This document shows, one piece after another, positions 1 to 9,894 of a stretch of DNA of 64,000 nt. How positions within the stretch are numbered: position 1 is the stretch's first letter; every line of letters starts with the position of its first letter. Source of the DNA: Longimicrobiales bacterium (GTDB lineage: Bacteria > Gemmatimonadota > Gemmatimonadetes > Longimicrobiales > Gaopeijiaceae); assembly GCA_965219445.1 (NCBI GenBank), contig CBDCNQ010000005.1, positions 448,001-512,000 on the forward strand, read 5' to 3'. Made by a program: the position numbers and the translations under genes. Under the pieces are notes generated by a model. It ran no database searches. It was not told where the DNA came from and saw only the letters and a program-made list of their open reading frames with translations.

Positions 1-1732
1 CGGCGAGCCGGTGATCCTGTACTCGCTTCTGTCCCCGCCCGGCCAAGCCTACGCGAACCTGCTCCGGGAGCTCTACTGCCTGGACGCGGCGATGACGGTC
101 TCGCTCGAGTGGCGGCCCTGGGCGATGGAAGCGGCGAGGCGCCGGATCCGTGGTGCGCAGCGGCACTACTTCGCGCGCCGCTACTCGATGATGGCGCACG
201 TGCAGGAGACGGAGGGCACGGCGGCCGCGATGGTCGACTCGGCCGCCGCCACCGAATCGGATCGTCTGGGCGAGGCGCTCGTCGAGCTGGAAGCGGACGG
301 GGTGAGCTACGGCGAGGCGACGCTGACCGTGGCGCTCCACGGCGAGCTGGGAAGCATCGAGCGGCTGGACGGCGACCTGCGTCGGCTGTTCGCGGCGCAC
401 GACGCGAAGGTGATCCGGGAGGGCTACGGCCAGCTCCCGGCGTGGTTCGCGCGGCTGCCGGCCCAGCCCCGGGGGCGGCAGGTGCGGAAGGTGTTCGTGT
501 CGGCCGGTGTGGCGGCGAGCCTGGCGCCGCTCTTCGGGCCGCCCGGGGGGACGCCCCGGAGCCGTCACCTCGGTCGCGAGTCGCTCGCGGTCTTGGAGAC
601 CCCGTGGCGCACGGCGTACCACTACGACCTGTTCGCCGGTGATGTGGGCCACACGTTGATGCTCGGCGCGACGGGCTCGGGCAAGAGCTTCACACTGAAC
701 TTCCTCCTGGTCGAAGCTCTCAGGTACGACCCGCGCGTCCTGATTCTGGACTTGGGCGGCTCGTACCGCTGGCTGACCCGGTTTCTCGGGGGCCGCTACC
801 TGGAGCTCTCGCCAGGCGAGGCGGAGCCGACGCTCCGGCTTCAGCCGTTCGCGCTCCCGGCGGGCACGCGGACGTTCCAGTTCCTGACGGGCTGGGTGCT
901 ACGGCTGCTGAAGCTCGGCGGTTGGGAAGCGAGCGGAGCGGATACGAGCGAGATCCGGGCGCGCATTGAGGATCTGTATGCGTTCGAGCCGGAGCGGCGG
1001 ACGCTGAGCGTCCTGGCAAGCTCGCTTCCGTCCGCGACGTGGCCGGCCTGGAGCCGTTGGACCCAAGGCGGCGCGTGGGGCGCGTACTTCGATAACCCGG
1101 CCGTCGGGGCGCCGGATCTCGAGTTCGCCGACTGGCAGGTGATCGATCTGGCGGGTGCGGTCGAGCATCCGGATCTCTGCGACGCGGCGCTCTCCTACCT
1201 GCTCGAGCGGATGCGCCTGGAGGTTGAGGATCCGTCCGAGGCGGCGCGCCTGAAGTTGATGGTCGTGGACGAGGCCTGGCGCTACCTGCAGGACCCGGCG
1301 GTGCTGAGCTACCTGGCCGAGGCGGCGAAGACGTGGCGGAAGAAGAACGCCGCGCTGGTCCTCGCCACGCAGTCCGCCGTCGACGTGACGGCAACGCCCG
1401 GCGCTGCGGCGCTCCTCGAGTCGATCCCGACCAAGCTCTTCCTCGCGAACCCCGAACTCCCCGACGAGGTCGGGGCGCTGTTCCGGCTGAACGACTCGGA
1501 GCTGGCGCAGGTCCGGGGCCTGATCCCCAAACGCGAGCTCTACCTCCGCCGCCCGGACGGGGCGGCGGTGCTCCGGCTCGAGGTCGATCCGGAGAGCTAC
1601 TGGCTCTACACCTCGTCCGCATTGGACGCCGAGGAGAGGGCCCGTGCCGTCGAGCGCCACGGGCTCGCCCGGGCCATCGAGGTTCTCGCGAGCCGAGACG
1701 ATCCCACCCCCACCCCCAACGCAAGGAGCTGA
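1..1732 (+). CDS. virB4: VirB4/TrbE-family T4SS ATPase (5' end lies outside the window)
   Basis: Walker A GATGSGKS, VLILDLGGSY, Walker B VVDEAW, RKKNAALVLATQS; first gene of a tightly packed T4SS operon. Confidence 0.9.
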   Translation, partial: GEPVILYSLLSPPGQAYANLLRELYCLDAAMTVSLEWRPWAMEAARRRIRGAQRHYFARRYSMMAHVQETEGTAAAMVDSAAATESDRLGEALVELEADGVSYGEATLTVALHGELGSIERLDGDLRRLFAAHDAKVIREGYGQLPAWFARLPAQPRGRQVRKVFVSAGVAASLAPLFGPPGGTPRSRHLGRESLAVLETPWRTAYHYDLFAGDVGHTLMLGATGSGKSFTLNFLLVEALRYDPRVLILDLGGSYRWLTRFLGGRYLELSPGEAEPTLRLQPFALPAGTRTFQFLTGWVLRLLKLGGWEASGADTSEIRARIEDLYAFEPERRTLSVLASSLPSATWPAWSRWTQGGAWGAYFDNPAVGAPDLEFADWQVIDLAGAVEHPDLCDAALSYLLERMRLEVEDPSEAARLKLMVVDEAWRYLQDPAVLSYLAEAAKTWRKKNAALVLATQSAVDVTATPGAAALLESIPTKLFLANPELPDEVGALFRLNDSELAQVRGLIPKRELYLRRPDGAAVLRLEVDPESYWLYTSSALDAEERARAVERHGLARAIEVLASRDDPTPTPNARS

Positions 1733-1738
1733 TACGCC

Positions 1739-2602
1739 ATGCGACCACCGACTACACCCATCGTTCTAACCGCGCTTCTCTTGGCTGCGCTCCCGGCCGG
1801 GGCTACCGCCCAGCAGGAGGACGACCAAGCGTTCCTCCGGGTGCCGGTCCCGGAGGAGGGGGAGGATCGGATCCACCGGCTGCGCACGCAGGTCCGTCAC
1901 ACGACGGTGATCGTGCTCCCCGCCGGTGAGAACATCCTGGATTTCGTGGTCGGCGACTCGGAGTACTGGCATCTGACGGGCGCCGCGAACGTCGCGTTCC
2001 TGAAGCCCCTCTCGGCGGACGCGGCGACGAATATCGCGCTCGTATGCGAGTCGGGGCGCATCTACTCGTTCCTGGTGGCCGAGCACAGCGACGGGCCGCC
2101 CCATCTGGTCGTTCGCGTAGAGTCCGGAGCAGAGGCGGCGCGGCTCTCCGGAGGCAGCGGCCGTCCCGCGTTCGTCGCGCGTAGCGAGGTCGCGGCCTAT
2201 CAGCAGATGGCCGCCGAGGCGGCCGAGGCGGCTCGCAGCGCCCGGGAGGCGGCCGAGGCCGGCATCCTGGAGGCCCGGTCGCAGGCTGAGTCGGCGATCG
2301 AGGCGTTCCGTGCCGGCTATCCGGAGCGTCTCGCGTTCGAGTACCGGCTCGACGAGGACGCGGCCGACCGGCCGTTCCTGGTCGAGGCGATGTGGCACGA
2401 CGGGCAGTTCACCTACCTGCGCTCGCATGCCCAGGAGTCGCCCGCGCTCTATGAGCTCCGGGACGGCGAGCCGGCGCTCGTCGCCTACGACCTCAGTGAG
2501 GACGGCCTCTACATCGCCCGCCATGTGCTTGCCGACGGGTGGCTCCAGATCGGCGACAAGCGGGCCAGCTGGCGGTTCACGCCGCAGGAAGCGCTCCGAT
2601 GA
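1739..2602 (+). CDS. virB9: VirB9/TrbG-family outer-membrane core protein
   Basis: Signal peptide; TTVIVLPAGENILDFVVGDSEYW and MWHDGQFTYLR...PALY motifs; AAGGAG RBS upstream. Confidence 0.8.
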   Translation: MRPPTTPIVLTALLLAALPAGATAQQEDDQAFLRVPVPEEGEDRIHRLRTQVRHTTVIVLPAGENILDFVVGDSEYWHLTGAANVAFLKPLSADAATNIALVCESGRIYSFLVAEHSDGPPHLVVRVESGAEAARLSGGSGRPAFVARSEVAAYQQMAAEAAEAARSAREAAEAGILEARSQAESAIEAFRAGYPERLAFEYRLDEDAADRPFLVEAMWHDGQFTYLRSHAQESPALYELRDGEPALVAYDLSEDGLYIARHVLADGWLQIGDKRASWRFTPQEALR

Positions 2603-3864
2603 GCCGTTGGAAGCAGTGGGTCTCGCCGCCGGAAGGCGCGCTGCCGGGCGGCATCGTGACGAAGGCCGGCGTGGTGTTGATCGCCGTGCTCGTCGGTGGA
2701 CTCCTCTTCTCGTGGGCGATGACGGGTCCCCAGGAAGCCGACACTCTCGTAGCCCTGCCCGAGGCGCAGGCGGTCGACGACGGGATGGGCCGATCGCTCG
2801 AAGGCCGTATTCGCGCCGAGGCCGAGCGGCAGACTCTGGAGGCCGCCGCCCGGGCGCGCGCCGAGCTCGAGCGCCGGCAGGCTGCGGCCGCCGAAGAAAT
2901 GGCCCGGCTCCAGACCGAGTCGGAGACGCCGAACACCGCAGCCTTGATCCCAGGCGTGAGCGCGGCCGAGTCGGAGCTTCGGGAGGCGCTTCGGCTGGAG
3001 GAGCTGGAGCGAAGAACCCGCTCGCTCCGTGCCCTTCCCGTCGCCCAGTCATACAGAAGTCCAGACGCGACCGCGGAGTCGTCCGAAGCCGGCACCGGCG
3101 ATGCGGCCGACGCGGATGTGGCCCTCCTCGAGAACACGGTCCAAGCAGCGCTCGCCTCATTCGAGCAGTCGGTCGGGGCGCTCGAGAACGAGTTGGCAGC
3201 GGAGTTGGCGGCCGGGCAGCTCCTCTCCGGCTCCCCGGGACCTCCCGCACCGCCAAGCTCTCCTCGCACCCCCGGCACGGTTCAGCCAGGGCGTAGCGTC
3301 CAACCCACTGACCCGCCAGGCTGGGAGCGGATCTACGAGGGCTCGTTCCTCGAAGGGGTGCTTCTCACGCAGCTCACGGGCGATTTCCCGGGACCGGTGC
3401 TCGCCATGGTCTCGGTCCCGTTCTATTCGGCCGACCGCCAGCGGGTCCTGATCCCGCGCGGCACGCGGGTGGTCGGCACGGCCCGGGCCGTTCAGGACCC
3501 GGACCAGAGCCGGCTCGCCGTCGCGTTCCACCGGCTGCTGCTCCCCGACGGCAGCTGGATCGACCTCGAGTTCACGGGCCTGAACCAGGCGGGCGAGGGC
3601 GCCCTCAGGGACGAGGTCGACCGCCACTACTTCAGCACGTTCGCGGCAGCCGGAGCCGTCGGCGTCGTGAGCGGGCTCGCCCTGGCCGGCGGTTCGCCGT
3701 TCGGCCTGAGGGCGGGCGTCGGCCAAGGCCTCGGCCAGAGCGCCAACTCCATCCTCGACCGGTTCCTGAACCGGCTACCCACCCTCACGATCCGTGCAGG
3801 CCATCGCCTGCGCGTCTGGTTCACGTCCGACGTCCTGGTCCCCAGGGCCGGGACACGGCAATGA
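2599..3864 (+). CDS. virB10: VirB10/TrbI-family core complex protein
   Basis: ATGA overlap with virB9 at 2599; N-terminal TM, coiled and Pro-rich linker, C-terminal TrbI domain (VLIPRGTRVVG, GEGALRDEVDRH, PTLTIRAG). Confidence 0.88.
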   Translation: MSRWKQWVSPPEGALPGGIVTKAGVVLIAVLVGGLLFSWAMTGPQEADTLVALPEAQAVDDGMGRSLEGRIRAEAERQTLEAAARARAELERRQAAAAEEMARLQTESETPNTAALIPGVSAAESELREALRLEELERRTRSLRALPVAQSYRSPDATAESSEAGTGDAADADVALLENTVQAALASFEQSVGALENELAAELAAGQLLSGSPGPPAPPSSPRTPGTVQPGRSVQPTDPPGWERIYEGSFLEGVLLTQLTGDFPGPVLAMVSVPFYSADRQRVLIPRGTRVVGTARAVQDPDQSRLAVAFHRLLLPDGSWIDLEFTGLNQAGEGALRDEVDRHYFSTFAAAGAVGVVSGLALAGGSPFGLRAGVGQGLGQSANSILDRFLNRLPTLTIRAGHRLRVWFTSDVLVPRAGTRQ

Positions 3865-3881
3865 CACCAAAGGAGCTCATC

Positions 3882-4790
3882 ATGCGTCACCGCAGCCTTA
3901 CCACCGCCCTCTTGGTCTTGGTCCTGATGCTCGCGAGCGCTGGGCCGGCCAACGCCTTCTTCGACATCGGCGGCGCGATTCAGCGTGCCCAGATGATCGC
4001 GAACCAAGTGACCCAGCTTGCGAACCAGCTCAGCCAGATGCGGACGATGACCCGCCAGCTCACCGAGCTCGAGGAGCAGCTCGACTACATGAAGGACGTC
4101 GCGCGCGGCGAGGTGGACGCTTTGGTCGAACCGTTCGCGGAGCTCGCGGCCGGATCCATCGGCCTCGTCGGCAACGACCTCGACTGGGGCTCCGAGTTCA
4201 GCGGCGCGGCCGGCGAGCTGGTCGACGCGGTGCGTGACATGGGGAGCGGAAGCTCGTTCACCGACGTCTGGCGGAGCGCCCAAGGGGTGGCCGACCAGGT
4301 GAGCGAGGCGGACATCCTCGAGCTGTTCCGTAACCGCCCGGCCGAGGCGTCGTCGCGCGCGGTGGAGGACTACCGCCAGGCCAAGGAGACCGCCGACCGG
4401 CAGAGGGTGCTCGACTACGCGATGATGGACGCCGCGGCCTCGCTCGCATCGACCGTCGAGAGCGCGCAGAGCTCGTTCGACGACCTGACCGCGAATGGGA
4501 ACCTGTCCAACACGGCACTCCAGCAGGCGCAGGTCGCGGCAGCGCTGACGCAGGGCCGGATCAACGCCGCCGTGGCGCAGGTGCTCGCCTATCAGGCCGT
4601 CGAGCAAGCGAACCGGATGCAGCAGGCCGAGATCGACCGGCTCGAGCGGCTCGCCGAGTGGAGGGACGCGCGGCTCCGTACGAACGCGATGGCCGATGCG
4701 ATGCGCACGGCCGCGCTGCAGAACCGCGACCGGCTCCGGGAGGGGCTCCTCTTCAAGGTCCCGTCGTTCTACATGGGCGGCCAAGTTTAG
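3882..4790 (+). CDS. VirB5/TrbJ-like secreted helical T4SS protein
   Basis: AAGGAG RBS before ATG 3882; signal peptide ending ANA; Q/L-rich helix (QMIANQVTQLANQLSQM); lies between virB10 and virB6. Confidence 0.6.
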   Translation: MRHRSLTTALLVLVLMLASAGPANAFFDIGGAIQRAQMIANQVTQLANQLSQMRTMTRQLTELEEQLDYMKDVARGEVDALVEPFAELAAGSIGLVGNDLDWGSEFSGAAGELVDAVRDMGSGSSFTDVWRSAQGVADQVSEADILELFRNRPAEASSRAVEDYRQAKETADRQRVLDYAMMDAAASLASTVESAQSSFDDLTANGNLSNTALQQAQVAAALTQGRINAAVAQVLAYQAVEQANRMQQAEIDRLERLAEWRDARLRTNAMADAMRTAALQNRDRLREGLLFKVPSFYMGGQV

Positions 4791-4808
4791 GCCCCGGGAG
4801 CGACCGTC

Positions 4809-6500
4809 ATGCAACTTCCTCCCCCGCAGTCGATCGATCCGAACGTCCCGGCCCAGATCCCGGCGGATCAGCTCCAGGACTTCAAGGGGTTCCTCGACGT
4901 CGTGCTAGATACCGTGGTCGGCGGCGCCGCGCCCGACGTGCTGACGCTCGGCCACCAGCTGTGGGGCGGTCTCGCGGCGATCGTCGTCGCATGGAGCGGC
5001 CTCAAGATCGCGTTCAGCGGAACCTTCGAGCCCTGGGCCCTCGTGCGTGTCGTGCTCGGGATCGCGATCCCCCGGACGCTGCTCCATTACTACAGCGTCC
5101 CGATCCCGGGCGTGGGCTTCACGTTCCCGGCCATGGTGGCGGCCGGAGGGATCTGGCTCCAGAACCTGTTCATCTCCGACGTCGTGTCCGTCGGCTACAC
5201 GGAGATGACCGCGCTGGTGCAGGCGTTCGCCGCACGGCTCGGCGCGGCATGGTCGGGCGGGAGCCTGATGACCCTCATGACCGAGGGCGTGAGCGTGTTC
5301 TTCTCGTCCCTCGTCGCGCTGATGATGGGCGTGCCGCTCGTGCTCGGCCTCGTCGCGCTCTTCTGCCTGACCTACGCGCAGGTGATCTGGGCGCAGGTGG
5401 CGCTCGCGATCGTGATCCTCTTGGGCCCCGTGTTCATCCCCTGGCTGCTGTTCGAGCCGCTCGCGTTCCTGTTCTGGGGATGGTTCCGCACGCTCATCGT
5501 CTACACACTCTACGGCGTCGTGGCGGGAGCCATTCTCCGTGTGTTCATGGGCGTGGGCATGGGCTACGTCACGACCTACACCGGCGCCTTGATGGGCACC
5601 GGCTCCTCCGACCCCGCGGAGCTCGGGCTGTGGGTCGTCGTCCTGCTACCGCTCGTCGTCTCCGGCCTGATGGCCGGCATGAAGGTGGGCGAGCTCGCCG
5701 CGATGCTCGTCTCAGGCTCCGGATCCGTCGGATCGGGGTTCATGGCGCTCGTGGTGCGCGGCGGCGGACGCCTCACGGCTGCCGCGAACCCCGGCCCGCC
5801 CCCCAGTCCCCGGAGGCTGAAGGAGATATCCATGAACCGAGAACACGATGCCGGCCGCGAGTACGCGGAAATCTGGGGCGAGACCGTCGAGGCGAACCGG
5901 AAGCTCCGGACGCTTGCAATGATTCTCGGAGGAGCGTGTCTCGCGCTCGCCGTGCTGCTCCTCCGGGTCGCGACCGTCGCGCCGCCCAGGCCGATCGTGG
6001 TGCGGGTCGACGAGGTCGGCCGCGCCGAGGCCGTGGCCTACGAGGCCGCAACGGCCCAGGCGGATCCGCTCGATCCCACGACCAAGTACTTCCTGAACCG
6101 GTTCATCGCCGACTTCTACTCCAGGCGCCAGGCGACGGTCGAGGAGCACTGGACGCGGAGCCTCCGGTTCCTCTCGACCGAGCTGGCGAACGCCGCATTC
6201 ACGAGGGACGGCGCCGAGGTCGCCGCCATGGCGGCCGGCACCGCCGACACCGAGCTCCAGGTCGAGCAGGTCGTGCTCCGCATCCACCCCGCACCGGAGG
6301 CGCCGCACGGCGCGACCGCCGACTTCGACCTGGTCCACCTCAGGCAGGGGCAGGAGACGCTGAGGGAGCGGTGGTCGATCACGCTCCGGTTCACCTTCCT
6401 CACCGTCATCCCCTCCGAGCTCGTCGTCTACAACCCGATGGGCATCCTCATCACCTACCTCCAGGCCGACCGTGCCCTGGTCACGGAGCAGCCCAGGTGA
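4809..6500 (+). CDS. VirB6/TrbL membrane protein fused in frame to a VirB8/TrbF domain (internal RBS+ATG at 5832)
   Basis: Multi-TM N-half with LGPVFIPWLLF...FWGW; C-half PIVVRVDEVG...YNPMGILIT typical of VirB8; AAGGAG-ATATCC-ATG at 5820-5834. Confidence 0.8.
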   Translation: MQLPPPQSIDPNVPAQIPADQLQDFKGFLDVVLDTVVGGAAPDVLTLGHQLWGGLAAIVVAWSGLKIAFSGTFEPWALVRVVLGIAIPRTLLHYYSVPIPGVGFTFPAMVAAGGIWLQNLFISDVVSVGYTEMTALVQAFAARLGAAWSGGSLMTLMTEGVSVFFSSLVALMMGVPLVLGLVALFCLTYAQVIWAQVALAIVILLGPVFIPWLLFEPLAFLFWGWFRTLIVYTLYGVVAGAILRVFMGVGMGYVTTYTGALMGTGSSDPAELGLWVVVLLPLVVSGLMAGMKVGELAAMLVSGSGSVGSGFMALVVRGGGRLTAAANPGPPPSPRRLKEISMNREHDAGREYAEIWGETVEANRKLRTLAMILGGACLALAVLLLRVATVAPPRPIVVRVDEVGRAEAVAYEAATAQADPLDPTTKYFLNRFIADFYSRRQATVEEHWTRSLRFLSTELANAAFTRDGAEVAAMAAGTADTELQVEQVVLRIHPAPEAPHGATADFDLVHLRQGQETLRERWSITLRFTFLTVIPSELVVYNPMGILITYLQADRALVTEQPR

Positions 6501-6979
6501 TCGCCCATCTGCAGGGACGGGAAGCGGCGCTCGAGCCGTTCGGTTGGACGGACCGCGAGGCGGAGTGGGTCGCCCTGGTCTGTCTCCACAGCGGCGTGTT
6601 CACCCGAGACCAGATCTCCGACTGGCTCGGGATCCACCGCCGCACCGCGCGCCGGTTCATCCGGGACATTTTGGACCAGAGGCTGGCGGCCATGGACAGG
6701 CTTGCGGGCCGGAGGGTCTGCCGGATCTCCGCGCGCGCAGTCTATCGGGCGCTCGGAGCCGAGGATATCCGCCACCGCCGGATCGCGTCGGCCGAGGTGC
6801 TCGTTCGCCGCCTGCTCTCGCTCGACTACGTGATCGGGCACACCGGCCTGCCGTGGCTGCCCACCGAACCGGAGAAGGTCGGCGCGTTCGAGGCGCTCGG
6901 CATCGAGCGCAGCATCCTGCCCGTCCGGGTGTACCGGGGCGCCGCAGGCGAGACGCGGCGCTACTTCCCGCTCAAGTAG
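6497..6979 (+). CDS. T4SS-associated wHTH-like hypothetical protein, probably C-terminally truncated
   Basis: GTGA overlap with virB8; FGWTDREAEWVALVCLHSGVFTR...YRALGAEDIRHRR; stop coincides with an abrupt GC drop; paralogue near 11 kb. Confidence 0.6.
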   Translation: MIAHLQGREAALEPFGWTDREAEWVALVCLHSGVFTRDQISDWLGIHRRTARRFIRDILDQRLAAMDRLAGRRVCRISARAVYRALGAEDIRHRRIASAEVLVRRLLSLDYVIGHTGLPWLPTEPEKVGAFEALGIERSILPVRVYRGAAGETRRYFPLK

Positions 6980-7155
6980 CGTAGTATGATCGTCCATTTC
7001 ATCCCATGCTGTCCCATAATGTACCATAACTCGGGTTATATCAACGCTATACAGCACGTATGGACCGTGTTCACAGACTCCCTCTTGCGCCGATTCGTAC
7101 CGTGTTGTACCATGGTGTATCCGTCGATATGTGATACACAAGTAGGACACCATAC
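6980..7155. other. Low-GC junction with short repeats, candidate att/arm-site region of the P4-type integrase
   Basis: Tandem ATCCCAT/GTCCCAT/GTACCAT and GTACC repeats directly upstream of an integrase, at the point where the previous gene breaks. Confidence 0.4.
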
Positions 7156-8340
7156 ATGCGTAAACGACCGCTTACGGCTGTCTTCGTGGCACGGGTGACG
7201 ACGCCGGGACGCTACGGCGACGGGGGGCGCGGCGGACTCGGGCTGTACCTCCGCGTCCACCGAATGAAGTCGGGGCGCGTCTCCAAGTCCTGGGGCCAGC
7301 GCGTTCGAGCGGGAGGGAAGCCCACCAATCTCGGACTGGGCTCGTATCCGGTCGTGACGCTCAAGGAAGCGAGGGAGGAGGCGCTGGAGAACAGGCGCGC
7401 GCTCCATTGGGGCCACGATCCGAGAGCCGCCGGGGTTCCCACCTTCGAGGCGGCCGTCGAGAAGGTGATCGTGATCCACTCGCCGACCTGGAAGAGCCCT
7501 TCCCGCATCGCCGGACAGTGGCGGCAGACGCTGAGGGACTACGCCCATCCGCGCATCGGCCGAAAGCGCGTGAGCGAGGTCGCGACGGCCGACGTGCTCG
7601 CGATCCTACAGCCCATCTGGTCAAGCAAGCCCGCAGCGGCGAGGGTCGTGCGTCAGCGGATCGGCGCGGTGATGAAGTGGGCCGTCGCGAAGGGCTACCG
7701 GTCGGACAACCCGGCGGGTGACGCCATCGCCGCCGCGCTGCCGCGGAACGGCAACGCCACCCGGCATCACCAGGCGCTCCCGCATGGCGAGGTGTCGGCG
7801 GCGCTGGTCAAGGTCCGCAACTCGGGGTCCCATGCCGGTGTCCGGCTGGCGCTCGAGTTCATGGTCCTGACCGCGACTCGCTCGAACGAGGTCCGGGGCG
7901 CGACGTGGGACGAGTTCGATCACGATGTCTGGACCATTCCCGCCAGCCGCATGAAGGCGAAGCGCGAGCACCGGGTTCCCCTGTCGAGGCGGGCCTTGGA
8001 GATCCTTGAGGAAGCCCGGAAGCGCCACGACGACGGCGAGATCGTCTTCCGGGGCGCGAAGGGAGGAGGCATCAACGCCTCGCTGTTCAGCGGCTTGCTC
8101 CGGGGTCTCGGCATCGAGGGAACGCCTCACGGGATGAGGTCCTCGTTCCGCGACTGGTGTTCGGAGACGGGCGTGGCGCGCGAGGTGGCCGAAGCGGCGC
8201 TGGCCCATGTCGTGAAGAACAAGGTCGAGGCCGCCTACGCCCGTTCCGACCTGCTGGACCGGAGGCGCGAGGTCATGGAGGCCTGGGCCGACTATCTCGC
8301 TGGCAAGCGTCGAGACCCGGAGGCCGAACCGATCCGTTGA
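7156..8340 (+). CDS. P4-family tyrosine integrase with arm-DNA-binding domain
   Basis: GLYLRV, LGLGSYPVVTLKEARE, TATRSNE, RMKAKREHRVPL, HGMRSSFRDW, AHV...EAAYARSDLL. Confidence 0.95.
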   Translation: MRKRPLTAVFVARVTTPGRYGDGGRGGLGLYLRVHRMKSGRVSKSWGQRVRAGGKPTNLGLGSYPVVTLKEAREEALENRRALHWGHDPRAAGVPTFEAAVEKVIVIHSPTWKSPSRIAGQWRQTLRDYAHPRIGRKRVSEVATADVLAILQPIWSSKPAAARVVRQRIGAVMKWAVAKGYRSDNPAGDAIAAALPRNGNATRHHQALPHGEVSAALVKVRNSGSHAGVRLALEFMVLTATRSNEVRGATWDEFDHDVWTIPASRMKAKREHRVPLSRRALEILEEARKRHDDGEIVFRGAKGGGINASLFSGLLRGLGIEGTPHGMRSSFRDWCSETGVAREVAEAALAHVVKNKVEAAYARSDLLDRRREVMEAWADYLAGKRRDPEAEPIR

Positions 8341-8370
8341 GGCGCTGGCACATGACCGGTTAGAGGTCAT

Positions 8371-8450
8371 GAGCCAGCTTACCCTTTGGGGCCACGCTTC
8401 GCGGGTCCCCGGCAGGGGCTGGCGAGGGGCTGTGCCCCCTCTGACCCCCC
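8371..8450. other. Orphan oriT-like site homologous to the oriT at 11455
   Basis: GAGCCAGCTTACCCT (14/15 match to 11455-11469) and CAGGGGCTGGCGAGGG (16/16 match to 11480-11495) flank a different hairpin. Confidence 0.6.
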
Positions 8451-8852
8451 AACGGCAACGGCACATCATGGACGCTGGACGCGGGCGGCTCCCCCCCTTC
8501 CGCCTCGCCGGCGCGGAGGCCATGGCACGGCGGGCGGAGGCTCTGGGAGCCATCTGAAAGGCACTTCTCTTCGGCGACCTAGCCGCGGTGCGTGCGGGAG
8601 CTGGCGCGATGGCTCAAGCGGGAGCCTCCTGTAGAGCGAACCTCGCCGCCGACTCAACATGGGGGCATGTCTAGAAAACAGATTAACTCCCTGTCCTGCA
8701 ATATGATACAGGACTGGCTGCTGGCTAATGTATGACTCTGTGTACCAGCCGCGGCCTTTCTTGGAATCCTTTACGGGGCCAGCCCTCCCAGTTAGAAAAG
8801 TTTCTCCCCTCCGACAGGTTGCTCCTTGGCACGGTACATATTCGAGGTGTCC

Positions 8853-9287
8853 ATGAGAAGCATTGCTCTTTCGCTCTGCCTTTTGATGATCGGATGCGGT
8901 GGCGGCGATTCTACAGGGCCCGACAACGGTCCAGCCCTCAACCTGACCGGGACATGGACTTTCTCAGGAAACTTTTCGAATGCCGAACTGTCGACGTCCT
9001 GCAGCGGGACTGGCACGGCCACTATTACGCATTCCGGCTCCAGCATCACAGGCAATGTCGTCCAAGAGGGCAGCTGTAACAATCCAGGAGGGTTTGTCGA
9101 CAACTCCGGAACCTTTCAGCTTGTTGGTGGGCAACTGAATGGCAACAATGTCAGTTTTCAGATGACCAACTGCTCGTACACTGGTACGGTCAGTGGCTCG
9201 AACCAAATGACGGGCTCCGTTACGTGCCAGGAGGCTATACTTGGGCAGAACTACACGTTCACCGGCGAGTGGCAGGCGGGTAGGTAA
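8853..9287 (+). CDS. Lipoprotein, small beta-rich protein with paired cysteines (cargo)
   Basis: GAGGT RBS; signal peptide II LMIGC followed by GGGDSTGP; LTGTWTF; lower GC than the flanks. Confidence 0.75.
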   Translation: MRSIALSLCLLMIGCGGGDSTGPDNGPALNLTGTWTFSGNFSNAELSTSCSGTGTATITHSGSSITGNVVQEGSCNNPGGFVDNSGTFQLVGGQLNGNNVSFQMTNCSYTGTVSGSNQMTGSVTCQEAILGQNYTFTGEWQAGR

Positions 9288-9309
9288 TCCCCGCCTAGGT
9301 GCCATCGGC

Positions 9310-9800
9310 TCACGCCGCGTCCTCGTCGGCCAGGAGCCCGGCCGTCGCCAGCGCCTCGGTAACGCTCACCCCGCCCGCTACAAGCTTCTGGAACGCCTGA
9401 GCGCGCCCGGCCAGGTCTAGCGGGTAGGCGTCGAAGGTCAGCCGGACCTCGGCCGCCAGCTTCTCCGATAGCTCAGCATCCAGGATCCGGGCCAGGGGAA
9501 GCACGGTCCCAAGGTGCCAGCGCCGGACGGCCTCACGTTGCGCGGTCCCGTCCGCGTCCACGAATAGGCTCGGAGGGGTCCCTGTCGCCGCCAGGACGGC
9601 CTCAAAGCTCTGCTTCTGCACCTGTGCCATGGACTCGGGGGGATGCGGCCCGAGACGCGAAGCCATCCAGTCCCGTCTAGGTGCGGCAGAGCGGCCTTCC
9701 CCAAACCCGGCTGCCGTAGTCTTTAGCAGTAGGGCCTTCCCCCGAGCCGTGCGGATGTCGGCCTTGAGCGCCGCCAGGGGATCGGTTTCTGAGTCATCCC
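9310..9800 (-). pseudogene. Phage portal-like protein, C-terminal fragment
   Basis: VLAATGTPPSLF...GTAQREAVRRW...PLARILDAELSEKL...DLAGRAQAFQKLV; 5' part replaced by IS remnants. Confidence 0.55.
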
Positions 9801-9810
9801 CCCGTCCTGG

Positions 9811-9850
9811 GGGATGGCCAGACCTGTGCAGCTTTCGATGGCCGTTGACA
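9811..9850 (-). mobile_element. Isolated IS21-family terminal sequence
   Basis: Minus strand TGTCAACGGCCATCGAAA closely matches the IS21 end at 36750 (TGTCAATGGCCATCGAAA). Confidence 0.65.
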
Positions 9851-9894
9851 CCTGGGGTGAGGTCCGAGTAGCAAGGGTAGGTTGAGCAGCTTCG

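Noticed and set aside
4658..6496. Upstream part of the 773-aa ORF 4658-6979
   Set aside because: R/G/P-rich shadow frame over virB6/virB8; only the part from GTG 6497 looks like a protein
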